Shown in pieces: positions 50,048 through 59,867 of a DNA stretch of 64,000 bases. A program made the position numbers and the translations under genes. Numbering within the stretch: position 1 is the first letter of the stretch; each line of letters opens with the position of its first letter. Source of the stretch: a virus; the IMG/VR virus record IMGVR_UViG_3300023242_000004, positions 1 through 64,000 of that record; one strand, 5' to 3'. Under the pieces are notes generated by a model, which had not been told where the DNA came from, searched no databases, and saw only the letters and a list, made by a program, of their open reading frames with translations.

Positions 50048-53000
50048 TTATGTAGAAATATTAATAGTGTTTGAAATACAACCTACATTATCTGTTATGG
50101 TTATTGTAACAATAACCGTTGTTGCTGGTAGACTATTTGGTTGTGGCACATTTCCAATTATTTCTTGTTGATTTGTAATTATTACTGGTAATGTTGATGG
50201 ATTTATAATCAACGCACCTTCTGAATTAATCCCTTCAACTGAATAACTTACAGTATAAGGTACTCTTAATGTTTGCCCTAACAATAAATGACTAACATTA
50301 AACTTAAACTTAACTAAATTTGGACCTATTAATTGTATAGGTGCGTTAACACCTGTAGTGTTAATACTTAACAAGTTTGGTGGTAATTTAATATCGTAAA
50401 CACTTATATAAACTTCTTGACTAAAACATGTTTTAGCCGCATTAGTCATCCTAAAAATAATTTCATCTTGTAAAACTGATGCTGGTATTATTATACTTAA
50501 CGGTGTTGTCGAATTAACATAAATATTACTCGGTGTTGGTTGCCATAATGGTGAACCGTCAGGCATTTGTTGCCCATCAATAACATAATCTAAATAAACT
50601 ATTGAACCAACAGAATAAGGGCTTGTAACAAATAAATCAATATGGTAATTATTTGGGTCACACTGTTTTTCCAAATCTTGTAGTGAGGCTGATTCAATTT
50701 CCATGAATGGGTTCATATAACTCAAAACACTAGTTGAAAAAGCTTGCGTACCCATAATGTCAACTACTTCTGTAGTGTATGTGTCAGCAGATAAACTCAG
50801 CAAATTAAAACCAGAACCAACGTAACCGTTAGGTGATGTTGTATTTGCTGAATATGGTGGTGTACCCCCACTAACATTTATATTTATAATACCCGTATTT
50901 TGACCATAACATAAAATTTGTGTAACTGTAGGTGTTAATGTAATTGGTGTCGCACCATTTAAAACTAAATTAACTAAATACACTGTTTCAATACCATCGG
51001 TTACTGTCATTGTATAACCGTTTCCAGTGAATGCAGTAAAAGTTGTATTTACACCAACATCAACCGCCAGACCTTGTATAATATGTGGTACAGAAGTAAT
51101 ATTAAGCGGACCGCTAGCAACAGCACCATTACTATTATAAAGAGTATAACTATAAATACTACCAACACCACCAATAATTGACATGATTGTTATTTCACCA
51201 TTAGAAGCAGCAGCTGTTGTGCAATCTTGACTAACGAAAGCATCAACCGATAATGGTGGTGGGCCAGAAATTATAAATGTTTGTGTTACTGGCGAACCAA
51301 AGTTATCGTTACCTGTTATCGTATAAATACCAATTGGTAGATTATTTAAAGTTCCAGTTGGTTGTGTGTTATTTTGACCAACAATTGTTATATTAGTATA
51401 ACCATTAACACCACTAGTTGTAGCAGTAAATGGTGCGTCACCGCCAATAAATGTGAATGTTGCCGTACCATTTGTTGTTTCATTAGTTGTAGTTGGTGTT
51501 GTAGATATTTGAATCACAAATTCCAAATCATTTTTTGCTGTGCAAGCGGTAAAAAATCTTTGATTCATAACCTCTAACCCACTTTTACCAGGAAGTATTC
51601 CAAAGTAAAAATAATACGAATGTTTTGGTTGACCAAAATTATATTGACCTACTTGACTATTACCCATCGAATAATTCCTAAAATTAACGTAATCCTGTCC
51701 ATTTTCAACTGGACTGGTAAAATCGTATACACTCTCATCAAATAAATTAAAATTACTGGTATAAGGTAATTGTAAATTCCATGAATTAACTGTTGAATTT
51801 AACCCTAAGAAAACATCTCTAAACCATTTTGGTCTATCAACGTCATCAGCATCTAAATCTCTTAAACCAATTACACCATCAGTTTCATTATTAACACCTC
51901 TATATTCATCAATTTCAACACCAAACTCACATAAATGTCTAATGTTCATACATTGCCTAGTATTTACATGTAAACCTAAACAATTTATACTAAAAAATAA
52001 ACCAAGTGTGTTTCCATCAACATCACATTGTCCAGTAGTTAACACTGTTGTGTTATCCGCTGCAAGTTCTTGAATAACTGGTGGTATTTTATATGTTGTA
52101 GGTATTAAATGCTCTTGTAGTTTTGGTACACCTTGCCAGTCGCAATTAAATACCGCACCTAAATTAATAATATCCGTAGCGAATAACTTAAAACTAGCGT
52201 TATGTGTTGACGCAGCATAGAAGAACTCATTGTTTTTCTTTTTAATTAAACCTTCTCTAAGTAAAACATTTCTATTTTCAAATTGTTGGTCCCCGCTATC
52301 ACCTCTAAAACATGTATCTAATAGGTGACTACTCCTACAATTATTATCTGGTACACCATTTTTGTTTCCATCAACAGTCGTACTATCCGTATAGTTTTTA
52401 AAATCACTGCAATCATATTCGCAGAATCTTTCTGAATTTCTACGTCTAATTTTGTATTTTAATAAAAAAGTATATAATGAGCCATTTATCCAATCATTAT
52501 AAAAATCAAACTCAAAAAGATTTAATTTTTGCGCCATTTGAAAAGCCACACAATCATCCAAACCACATAAGTCACCGAAACCACCATGACCAAAACTATC
52601 ACCATCATAATATTTTGGTGTGTTACCTTGGTCAACCGAAGAATCAAAAGCCGCACCACCATCTAAACCACCTTTGCTACACCCAGGAGCAAAAATAGAT
52701 GGGTTATCATCTGCTGGGCATTGAATATAAATACAAGGTATGTAATTAATTGGGTTAATTATTAATTTACACAAAAAACTAAGAAAACCAAAAATTTTAA
52801 CCCCCAATATTTTTCTTTTACTAGCATCACATAAAGCACCCACCAAAAAATTCCATCCTTCAATTAAAAGATTTATAACTTTTAACACCACATTAATTAA
52901 AGGTATAATAAGCGAATTAATTATATAAATTAAAAAACCTACAATTTTAATAACCAAACAAATAATAAAAAAAATAGGTGATGTTTGGGTTCCTACTCTA

Positions 53001-54361
53001 TTAAAAGGAAACGGTGTTTTATCACCAGCACAGGCATCAACATCTTTAATACCCATCATATTTCTAGTGCGTGAACCACCAGAATTAAACGGTGTAATCT
53101 GTTGGAACCTAGAAATAAAATTACTAACAGAATATATTTTATTCCAATATAAATCTCTAAAACTACTTTCTTTAGTTTTTTCACCAAACTCATAGTCAAT
53201 TTCATTTTCGTTGTTTGGGTTGTTTGGTACCAAATATTTAGCCCTAGTTCTAAGTCTACCTTCACCACCTGTTTGGTCCATACCAATTTTAAATCGAACA
53301 CTAGCTCTAGTTGGTATACCTTTGTTTGGTTCATCAGACAATACCAAAACACCAAATTCATCGGTAACCATATAATCTAAATTCATTGGGATTTGATAAG
53401 CCCAAGCACCGTTTTCATCAATAACTCTTCCACCCTCAACATCAAATCTTTCGATAGTGCCGTCAAGTGTTTCTCTAATCATTTCAATAGTACCTTCATT
53501 TGCAACTTGTTCGCAAAGGTTACCTAAATCTTTTCTAGGTCGACAATTTTTATTAACACTATTTTTATCTTGGTCACCAAATATACTACCCATAAATATT
53601 GCAGATGGGGTTATGGAGTAGTTTAAATCAATATCTACCCTAGTTATACCAATCTCACACGTATCGATATCCCCCCAAAAAGGCTGTACGTTTACACCAA
53701 TATTAGATGATTTTACTTGAATTAATTTATCTAAATTAGTATCACCTTTAAATTTTGTTGGTGAATCGAAAAATTTCAATGGAGTCCCTTGGCTAATGCT
53801 ATCATAAGGTCTTTGAGACGCAATACCTATATCGGAAATATCCGCATCAACATGTAGAGTATATGTACCAACTGGTACCCCAAAAACCATAAAATCACCA
53901 GCATAATTTGTTGTTGTAGTAAATTTATAGTATTTACAATAAACACCTAACATTTCTGGGTTATCTAATACTTCTCTTTTATTTGGAAAAGTACCAATTG
54001 GTGTAAAACAGTTATTATCTGTTTCAGAAGTTCTAGGTAGCAAATTATACCTAATACCATCACTATCTCTATCCGTGATAATCTCATAAGGATATAACCC
54101 TTTAATATTTGGGTCATTTATATCAATATCATCAATAGGTATGAAAACACTAACTCTAGCATTTGGAACACCAAAACCACTGTTAATTATTACTCTACCA
54201 GTAATCACACCGTAATCAGAACAAAAATTTCTATACGCTTCTTCTTGCGAAATCTTTAGTGAAAGAACTTCAATAAAGTCAAACTCTTGTTCTAGTTTTA
54301 CTTTTAAATATTTATCGGTACCATTAGGTGTAGTCCTAATTCTAACAGTGTTGTTAGGCAT
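50048..54361 (-). CDS. large tail/baseplate protein with internal hydrophobic helices and SprB-like repeats
   Basis: 1437 aa; CarboxypepD-reg-like start (GRVI..GFGVPNARVSVF); C..G.I.I.VSGGTPPY repeats. Confidence 0.65.
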   Translation of the reverse strand: MPNNTVRIRTTPNGTDKYLKVKLEQEFDFIEVLSLKISQEEAYRNFCSDYGVITGRVIINSGFGVPNARVSVFIPIDDIDINDPNIKGLYPYEIITDRDSDGIRYNLLPRTSETDNNCFTPIGTFPNKREVLDNPEMLGVYCKYYKFTTTTNYAGDFMVFGVPVGTYTLHVDADISDIGIASQRPYDSISQGTPLKFFDSPTKFKGDTNLDKLIQVKSSNIGVNVQPFWGDIDTCEIGITRVDIDLNYSITPSAIFMGSIFGDQDKNSVNKNCRPRKDLGNLCEQVANEGTIEMIRETLDGTIERFDVEGGRVIDENGAWAYQIPMNLDYMVTDEFGVLVLSDEPNKGIPTRASVRFKIGMDQTGGEGRLRTRAKYLVPNNPNNENEIDYEFGEKTKESSFRDLYWNKIYSVSNFISRFQQITPFNSGGSRTRNMMGIKDVDACAGDKTPFPFNRVGTQTSPIFFIICLVIKIVGFLIYIINSLIIPLINVVLKVINLLIEGWNFLVGALCDASKRKILGVKIFGFLSFLCKLIINPINYIPCIYIQCPADDNPSIFAPGCSKGGLDGGAAFDSSVDQGNTPKYYDGDSFGHGGFGDLCGLDDCVAFQMAQKLNLFEFDFYNDWINGSLYTFLLKYKIRRRNSERFCEYDCSDFKNYTDSTTVDGNKNGVPDNNCRSSHLLDTCFRGDSGDQQFENRNVLLREGLIKKKNNEFFYAASTHNASFKLFATDIINLGAVFNCDWQGVPKLQEHLIPTTYKIPPVIQELAADNTTVLTTGQCDVDGNTLGLFFSINCLGLHVNTRQCMNIRHLCEFGVEIDEYRGVNNETDGVIGLRDLDADDVDRPKWFRDVFLGLNSTVNSWNLQLPYTSNFNLFDESVYDFTSPVENGQDYVNFRNYSMGNSQVGQYNFGQPKHSYYFYFGILPGKSGLEVMNQRFFTACTAKNDLEFVIQISTTPTTTNETTNGTATFTFIGGDAPFTATTSGVNGYTNITIVGQNNTQPTGTLNNLPIGIYTITGNDNFGSPVTQTFIISGPPPLSVDAFVSQDCTTAAASNGEITIMSIIGGVGSIYSYTLYNSNGAVASGPLNITSVPHIIQGLAVDVGVNTTFTAFTGNGYTMTVTDGIETVYLVNLVLNGATPITLTPTVTQILCYGQNTGIININVSGGTPPYSANTTSPNGYVGSGFNLLSLSADTYTTEVVDIMGTQAFSTSVLSYMNPFMEIESASLQDLEKQCDPNNYHIDLFVTSPYSVGSIVYLDYVIDGQQMPDGSPLWQPTPSNIYVNSTTPLSIIIPASVLQDEIIFRMTNAAKTCFSQEVYISVYDIKLPPNLLSINTTGVNAPIQLIGPNLVKFKFNVSHLLLGQTLRVPYTVSYSVEGINSEGALIINPSTLPVIITNQQEIIGNVPQPNSLPATTVIVTITITDNVGCISNTINIST

Positions 54362-54368
54362 ATTTTAA

Positions 54369-54719
54369 TTATTTGCTTTTATTTGTTATATCTTCTACGT
54401 TAACCATGATTACATCTTCTTCAGTTAATTCATCATCATCATCATCATCATCATAATCATCATCGTCGTCTTTCATAAAAAATTTATTTGCTTTCACAAA
54501 TTTATTAATTACAAGTCTTAAATCAATATCTTTATTCAATACTATTGTATCAAACATAAACCACACTATGGCTAACATTATAATTGGTAATAATAACATA
54601 CCAACTAAAAAACCTAGGGTTTTTGCTAGGTATTTTACTATCGTTGCGGTTACACCTTCGTTTTGTGTTAGTACATTATACTCTTTAACCCCATCGGTGT
54701 TTTTACAATTACATCCCAT
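54369..54719 (-). CDS. small membrane protein (MGCNCK start, poly-Asp tail)
   Basis: TM helix, (GAT)n run; TAnnTTTG at 54746-54753. Confidence 0.65.
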   Translation of the reverse strand: MGCNCKNTDGVKEYNVLTQNEGVTATIVKYLAKTLGFLVGMLLLPIIMLAIVWFMFDTIVLNKDIDLRLVINKFVKANKFFMKDDDDDYDDDDDDDELTEEDVIMVNVEDITNKSK

Positions 54720-54781
54720 TTTATTTGTTTTTATTTTGTTATTAACAAATATAGTTATAACATACAAATAAGGAAACCCTA

Positions 54782-56599
54782 TTATTTAACTCTAACAACA
54801 ATATCGAACGTTGGGGTTTTAACTTCAAACATACTATTTGATTCTCCGAATAAAGTATAGTTTTCACCTAAATCAATTTGTCTAGTTGTTACGTCAAAAT
54901 ATTCTTGTGATATTTCATTTAAACTATAGTTACCATTAACTTTATTAAAAACTCTAACATCTAAAACATTTATAACACCTCCAACATTGTTAATAACCTC
55001 TATTAATGGTGACATGTAAATACTATCACCCATTTGGTATTTACTAATATCCGTATAGTTTTTAACCTCGGTAATTACTTGACTGATGATTTGCGATTGT
55101 GGCATTTTTTTATCAATAAGCAAATCCACCTCAAAAGACAAATTAATTATTCTACCATTACCTACTTGGACATAGTCATTTAACATTCTATAATCGGCCA
55201 AATAAGTTGTTATGTTTTCTCTTAAGGCACTAGTTGAATTATTTGATAATTTACCAGTTGAATCTAAACCTAAAATATAAATTTTAACCTTATTTTGTTC
55301 CTCAGTTACACCGCATCTAAAAGGTATTCCAAAACTTCCAGGCATTTGAGCAATTCTAGTTTGATAATCTTTAATGGTTACAGCTCTGTTTTGAGACGAA
55401 AAATTATATTTAACCATATTCCTAATCTCCTCAACACTAGGAACGTCTTTACCACCTAACGCTGGAAATAAATTATTTACTTTTAATGAACTCCTAACCG
55501 CTTGATTTATTGATTCGTTTGGACCATTGATTGTTAAATTTAAAAGACCAACAGAATTTAAAGTATTTGGACCTATATTACTATCAGCGCCACCACCTAA
55601 TCTATATCTTATGAACATAGTAGTGTTTGCGTTTGGTACAATACCTAAAGATAAATTATTTATAAAATCACCAATTTGATTTACTAATTCTTTATTAGTA
55701 TCAAAATCACATAAACTACTAGTGTCTTGGGTACCAGCACCAAATGTAATTTTAGTAAAACCTAAATCAGTATATTCACTAATAAATTTTTTATTGGTTG
55801 TTATCCATTTTCCTGGTGTTACACCAGAATTATCTGTTATTCTTGAATAATCAGAAATAAACACTTTGTCTTCAGCTAAAGCGCTCATCTCAAACCATTT
55901 ATTTTCTATGTTTGCAAAATCAGAAATATTAGGCGTGCCAACAAAATTAGTACCAGGAAGCATTATAATAGATTCAATACTAATCACATTATCTTCTGGT
56001 AATATAACTTCTAAAAATGGTCTAACATCAGATTGTGTGATAACTCTTTTATAAATTTTTGAATACCCATTTGTAACTATTTCCCTTTTTATTAAAGTAT
56101 AGTTAACCAACGTACCATTAGAATTAAAATTTGGTAAAATTAATCTATTTGGTACTCCACCTATAGTAAATGGATTTGAGAAATCTATATCATTTGTTGT
56201 TTCAAAAATTTTACCACCACCAGAAACTTGGGAACCAGTTGTGATAATTGGTGCATAAGAAAAGTTAAAGGTGTCACCTAATACAGGTACTATTATACTA
56301 AAATCAACAATAGTAATACTAGGTCTTTTTCCTGGGATTTTTAAACCAAAAGTTCTAGCCATAGATAAAACTGATTTTCTTTCTTTTGCATAATCTATTT
56401 GTGTTTCTTGAAACATTCTATCAGTATTAACTGACAGCATATCACCTACAGCTGCATTTAACTCTAGAAGCATCATACCAACACTAGCGTCATTAAAATC
56501 ATTAAATATGTCTGGGTAATATTGTCTTACCATATCGACTAATTCTGCACGTATATCAGCAAAATTTCTTGCTGTATAATTTATTCCTTGATTTGCCAT
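54782..56599 (-). CDS. baseplate wedge protein, T4 gp6-like
   Basis: NYTARNFADIR..L, ITFG.G, YRLGGG..SN, GG.D...VEEIR, QNRAVTIKDY. Confidence 0.88.
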   Translation of the reverse strand: MANQGINYTARNFADIRAELVDMVRQYYPDIFNDFNDASVGMMLLELNAAVGDMLSVNTDRMFQETQIDYAKERKSVLSMARTFGLKIPGKRPSITIVDFSIIVPVLGDTFNFSYAPIITTGSQVSGGGKIFETTNDIDFSNPFTIGGVPNRLILPNFNSNGTLVNYTLIKREIVTNGYSKIYKRVITQSDVRPFLEVILPEDNVISIESIIMLPGTNFVGTPNISDFANIENKWFEMSALAEDKVFISDYSRITDNSGVTPGKWITTNKKFISEYTDLGFTKITFGAGTQDTSSLCDFDTNKELVNQIGDFINNLSLGIVPNANTTMFIRYRLGGGADSNIGPNTLNSVGLLNLTINGPNESINQAVRSSLKVNNLFPALGGKDVPSVEEIRNMVKYNFSSQNRAVTIKDYQTRIAQMPGSFGIPFRCGVTEEQNKVKIYILGLDSTGKLSNNSTSALRENITTYLADYRMLNDYVQVGNGRIINLSFEVDLLIDKKMPQSQIISQVITEVKNYTDISKYQMGDSIYMSPLIEVINNVGGVINVLDVRVFNKVNGNYSLNEISQEYFDVTTRQIDLGENYTLFGESNSMFEVKTPTFDIVVRVK

Positions 56600-56606
56600 A
56601 ATTTAT

Positions 56607-56993
56607 TTATAGTTTTACTACTACTATGTCTGATGTTGTAAAAACAGCATCTGTTATTGTATATTTTAAAGTGAACACAGCAGCGTATTCGCTTTCAGTT
56701 GATTCTTCAACCAAAATTTCATCCAATTGTAATTTTGGTAAATAAAGTTTTACTACTGATTTAATTTCTTCTTTAACACCATTTAATGTCATCCCATCTT
56801 GTGGTTCAAAGATAAATTTTAATAAATCAGTACCAAAGTTTGGTTTATAAAGTCTTTGACCTTTTCTAGTCAATATTATATGTAGAAGGTCGGCTTTTAT
56901 CGCTTGACTATCTTCATCATTTAAATCTAAGAAAAAACCTTTGTTACTATTCTTAAAAGGATAATTTATATTTATGTATTTACCGTTTGCCAT
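56607..56993 (-). CDS. baseplate protein, gp25-like
   Basis: IKADLLHIILTRKGQRLYKPNFGTDL..FIFEP. Confidence 0.9.
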   Translation of the reverse strand: MANGKYININYPFKNSNKGFFLDLNDEDSQAIKADLLHIILTRKGQRLYKPNFGTDLLKFIFEPQDGMTLNGVKEEIKSVVKLYLPKLQLDEILVEESTESEYAAVFTLKYTITDAVFTTSDIVVVKL

Positions 56994-57056
56994 AATTGTG
57001 TTTATTTGATAAATATCATACTAAACAATTTTTATAAGTAAATATGGGAAATAAAA

Positions 57057-57079
57057 AAAGGGTCCCTATTGGACCCTTT
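57057..57079. terminator. intrinsic terminator after nrdA
   Basis: AAAGGGTCC-CTATT-GGACCCTTT. Confidence 0.8.
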
Positions 57080-57096
57080 AATTTGTTTATCTTTTA

Positions 57097-57714
57097 TTAA
57101 CTTGAACAACCCACGCACTCAAATTGACTCTCGGTAGGTTTTTCTACTTGTTTTTGTTTTGTCATATCAATAGCTAAATGTTTAGCTTTCATATCAACGG
57201 ACTCACTCCTTAAATAATACTGACCAGTTTTAAGTCCTAATTTCCAAGACAAATTATGTGATGTAGTTAATTTACCAACAGTAGGTGTACTAAAGAAAAT
57301 ATTAAGACTTTGCGATTGGTCAATGAATGGTGCTCTATCAGCAGACATTTCGATTAACGCTTTTTGGGAAATTTCCCAAACTGTTTTATACCTTTCTTTC
57401 ATCTCTGAACTAATAACTGGTATGTTTTGAACACTACCATTATTTTTTATCAATTCACTAAGAATTTCTCTATTCCATAAACCTTCTGATTCTAAATCTC
57501 TAACTAGGTGTTTGTTTACCATAGCGAATTCACCACCAGTCACTCTTCGAACATAAAGATTTGAAGTGAACGGTTCGAAAGCTTCGTTTGAACCAATTAC
57601 ACGAGCAGAATTATGACTAACACAACCATTTTCCATTATATAATGATTCACGTTTGGTACTTCAATATCCCACGTAGGTTTTATATCACCCTTAGTTATT
57701 TTTTTTATTTTCAT
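57097..57714 (-). CDS. nrdA: NrdA part 3: split-intein IntC2 (35 aa) plus C-terminal extein (170 aa)
   Basis: TWDIEV...NGCVSHN|SARVIG.NEAFEP, FIDQSQSLN, GLKTGQYYLR, terminal CVGCSS. Confidence 0.93.
   Translation of the reverse strand: MKIKKITKGDIKPTWDIEVPNVNHYIMENGCVSHNSARVIGSNEAFEPFTSNLYVRRVTGGEFAMVNKHLVRDLESEGLWNREILSELIKNNGSVQNIPVISSEMKERYKTVWEISQKALIEMSADRAPFIDQSQSLNIFFSTPTVGKLTTSHNLSWKLGLKTGQYYLRSESVDMKAKHLAIDMTKQKQVEKPTESQFECVGCSS
57610..57714 (-). mobile_element. split intein 2, C-fragment
   Basis: Blocks F and G, HN|S. Confidence 0.9.
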
Positions 57715-57983
57715 AATTTATTCTTTAAAATTTTATTTATTTTTTCTTTATTTATTTTTTCAGAATCCGAAGACCATAATTCTATATAGTTACCCCATTT
57801 TAAATTACCATCGTGTTCACCCCATTTAATTATAAACATTTCTAAGGTGTGTTTACTTTTATCACAAAATTCTTGGTATTTTAATGGACCATAAATTTCG
57901 CCATGATTAAAAATAAAACTCTCTAAAGTCCTACCACACTTTAATTTATGTAACCTTACTTTTTCAATAGATTCATTATTCAT
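57711..57983 (-). pseudogene. degenerate homing endonuclease remnant
   Basis: TLE.FI..(H/W)GE..G..K(Y/W) repeats and INKEK end like ORF 62943, but no nuclease domain. Confidence 0.7.
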
Positions 57984-58082
57984 TAAACCTTTTTTTAACC
58001 AATACTCAATTTTGAATGGTGATGGTTTGTTAGATATTTTTATATGTTTTATTAACTACGTACACAACACTTAAACGACCTA

Positions 58083-59069
58083 CTACTTTTCAAATATATT
58101 TAATATATCGTCCGTGGCTACCAAATCAATTACTTCAACCCATATTCCATCATTACCTCTTTTTACTTTGAATTTATGATTTTCAGTTGCTTCAAAAATT
58201 GACCCATCTTCCATTTCTATTTTATAGACAACAGAATGTGCGTTATACTTTATTTTATTAACTTCTTCATACCCATTAATTGTTTTAACATTAAAAGCTT
58301 TTAAATCTAACCATTGTTGTAGATTCATACTTTCTAATTGTTCCCAATCAATATTGTTTTCTTCTAATATATCTTTAAATGATTTAACACCACTTTCAGT
58401 ATGAATCCTAGTATCAATAACTTGACAACTAGCTGTTGGTGGGCATGTTGTAACTAAAGAGTTTCTAACACCATATTTTTTAATGTCTTTTCTTAACCCT
58501 TTCCAATCATGCATACCAGATAAATTATCTTCAGTCAACCCCCACATTTGCCATTGGAAAATACCTTCAGAAATTGGTGAACCCTCGTAACCATCATACG
58601 TTAACCCAGTTTTTTTAGCTAAAGCACAAGATTCACTTAAAGCATTAAAATAAATCGTTTCAAATATGTCTTTATTTAATTGTCTAGCTATTTCACCAGT
58701 GAACGGTAATTTTAATATAGCAAACACATCTGCTAAACCTTGTATACCAATACCTAATGCTCTTTGTTCTAAACCACCTTTTCTACCTTCTGGTGTTGAA
58801 TATTCGTTAACCTCTAAAGCTATGTTTAATGATTTTGTTATTGAACGTGCTACTTTACCCAATCCTATGAAGTCGTAAACTCCATCTATAATATATTTTT
58901 GAACTGGGATGCTAGTAAGCGTACAAATAGCTGTTGTTTCAGCGTTGGTCGTCTCCATAATTTCCGAACAATTATGTACTAATATATCATTACCAAAAAA
59001 ATTATGGTTATCCTCAACAGTAATATCGTATACTGGTATTTTTTCGTTTAATTTTTCTATTTTTATCAT
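58083..59069 (-). CDS. nrdA: NrdA part 2: IntC1 (33 aa) plus middle extein (181 aa) plus IntN2 (114 aa)
   Basis: VYDITV...ILVHN|CSEI...AICTLTS...RALGIGIQGLAD...GVRNS...PPTAS|CQVIDT...ATENHKF. Confidence 0.93.
   Translation of the reverse strand: MIKIEKLNEKIPVYDITVEDNHNFFGNDILVHNCSEIMETTNAETTAICTLTSIPVQKYIIDGVYDFIGLGKVARSITKSLNIALEVNEYSTPEGRKGGLEQRALGIGIQGLADVFAILKLPFTGEIARQLNKDIFETIYFNALSESCALAKKTGLTYDGYEGSPISEGIFQWQMWGLTEDNLSGMHDWKGLRKDIKKYGVRNSLVTTCPPTASCQVIDTRIHTESGVKSFKDILEENNIDWEQLESMNLQQWLDLKAFNVKTINGYEEVNKIKYNAHSVVYKIEMEDGSIFEATENHKFKVKRGNDGIWVEVIDLVATDDILNIFEK
58086..58427 (-). mobile_element. split intein 2, N-fragment
   Basis: Block A CQVIDTRI, block B ATENHKF, ends DLVATDDIL. Confidence 0.9.
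58971..59069 (-). mobile_element. split intein 1, C-fragment
   Basis: Blocks F and G, HN|C. Confidence 0.9.
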
Positions 59070-59074
59070 TTATT

Positions 59075-59821
59075 TTAATTTTTAAATTTCCATTTAAAAC
59101 CACCAGCAGTGGTTCCTTGTTTACAAGCTCTACTAATTCCAGACTTATGTTTAATATTATTCTTTTCAGCTGCTTCAACAGTAGTTAAGTAAGTGTCAAT
59201 TTCTTCACCATTTACACTCATTTTAACAACAGTTTTAGCGTTTGGGTTATTTTCTCTAGTATTATTAATAGACATCTTTTTTAAAGTTTCATCATTAGCT
59301 TTTCTACCTAAGTTCCAATGATTACCATTTATTTTAGCTTTATGTGATGGTCGTTCTTTTAAAGATAACCCATACATATTGTTATTAACACCAGTAGCGT
59401 TTAACCTATGTTTTTCACGTATTTCTTCTTTATTTGGGTTATTAGTAAACGTATCACCACCTAACCCACCTTTAGTTAAATTGGTTAGAATACCACTTTT
59501 ATTATGTCTAAAACCCATTATATCTATTAATAAACTTTCAATATCATAAGCGGTTTGTTCTTCTAACCCTTCAACTATTTTTATTATTATGGGTTCTAAC
59601 CCATTTTTTAATATTTGATTAATAACATTTAACTTATAAATATTATTTGTTAAATCTTTATTTTGTTCTTTTATTAACTTTAAATGTTTTTCTAACCTAT
59701 TAGAACTATCTTTACCCTTTCCAATATAAAAAGGTTTATTTTTAAAAATATAATTTCCAAAATTATACTCACCAATTTCTCTAGGGTCCAAGTAAGCGTA
59801 CACATAATATTTTTTTTCCAT
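59075..59821 (-). CDS. GIY-YIG-type homing endonuclease with C-terminal NUMOD1-like domain
   Basis: YYVYAYLDPR...PFYIGKG...R..H...E..LI...G.LTN...GG; C-terminal TAGGFKW. Confidence 0.85.
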   Translation of the reverse strand: MEKKYYVYAYLDPREIGEYNFGNYIFKNKPFYIGKGKDSSNRLEKHLKLIKEQNKDLTNNIYKLNVINQILKNGLEPIIIKIVEGLEEQTAYDIESLLIDIMGFRHNKSGILTNLTKGGLGGDTFTNNPNKEEIREKHRLNATGVNNNMYGLSLKERPSHKAKINGNHWNLGRKANDETLKKMSINNTRENNPNAKTVVKMSVNGEEIDTYLTTVEAAEKNNIKHKSGISRACKQGTTAGGFKWKFKN

Positions 59822-59862
59822 TGTGATTTCCATTATGTATATATACATAATGGAAATCACAA
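59821..59862. promoter_or_regulatory. perfect 42-bp palindrome over the endonuclease translation start region
   Basis: TTGTGATTTCCATTATGTATA|TATACATAATGGAAATCACAA. Confidence 0.75.
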
Positions 59863-59867
59863 AAAGA

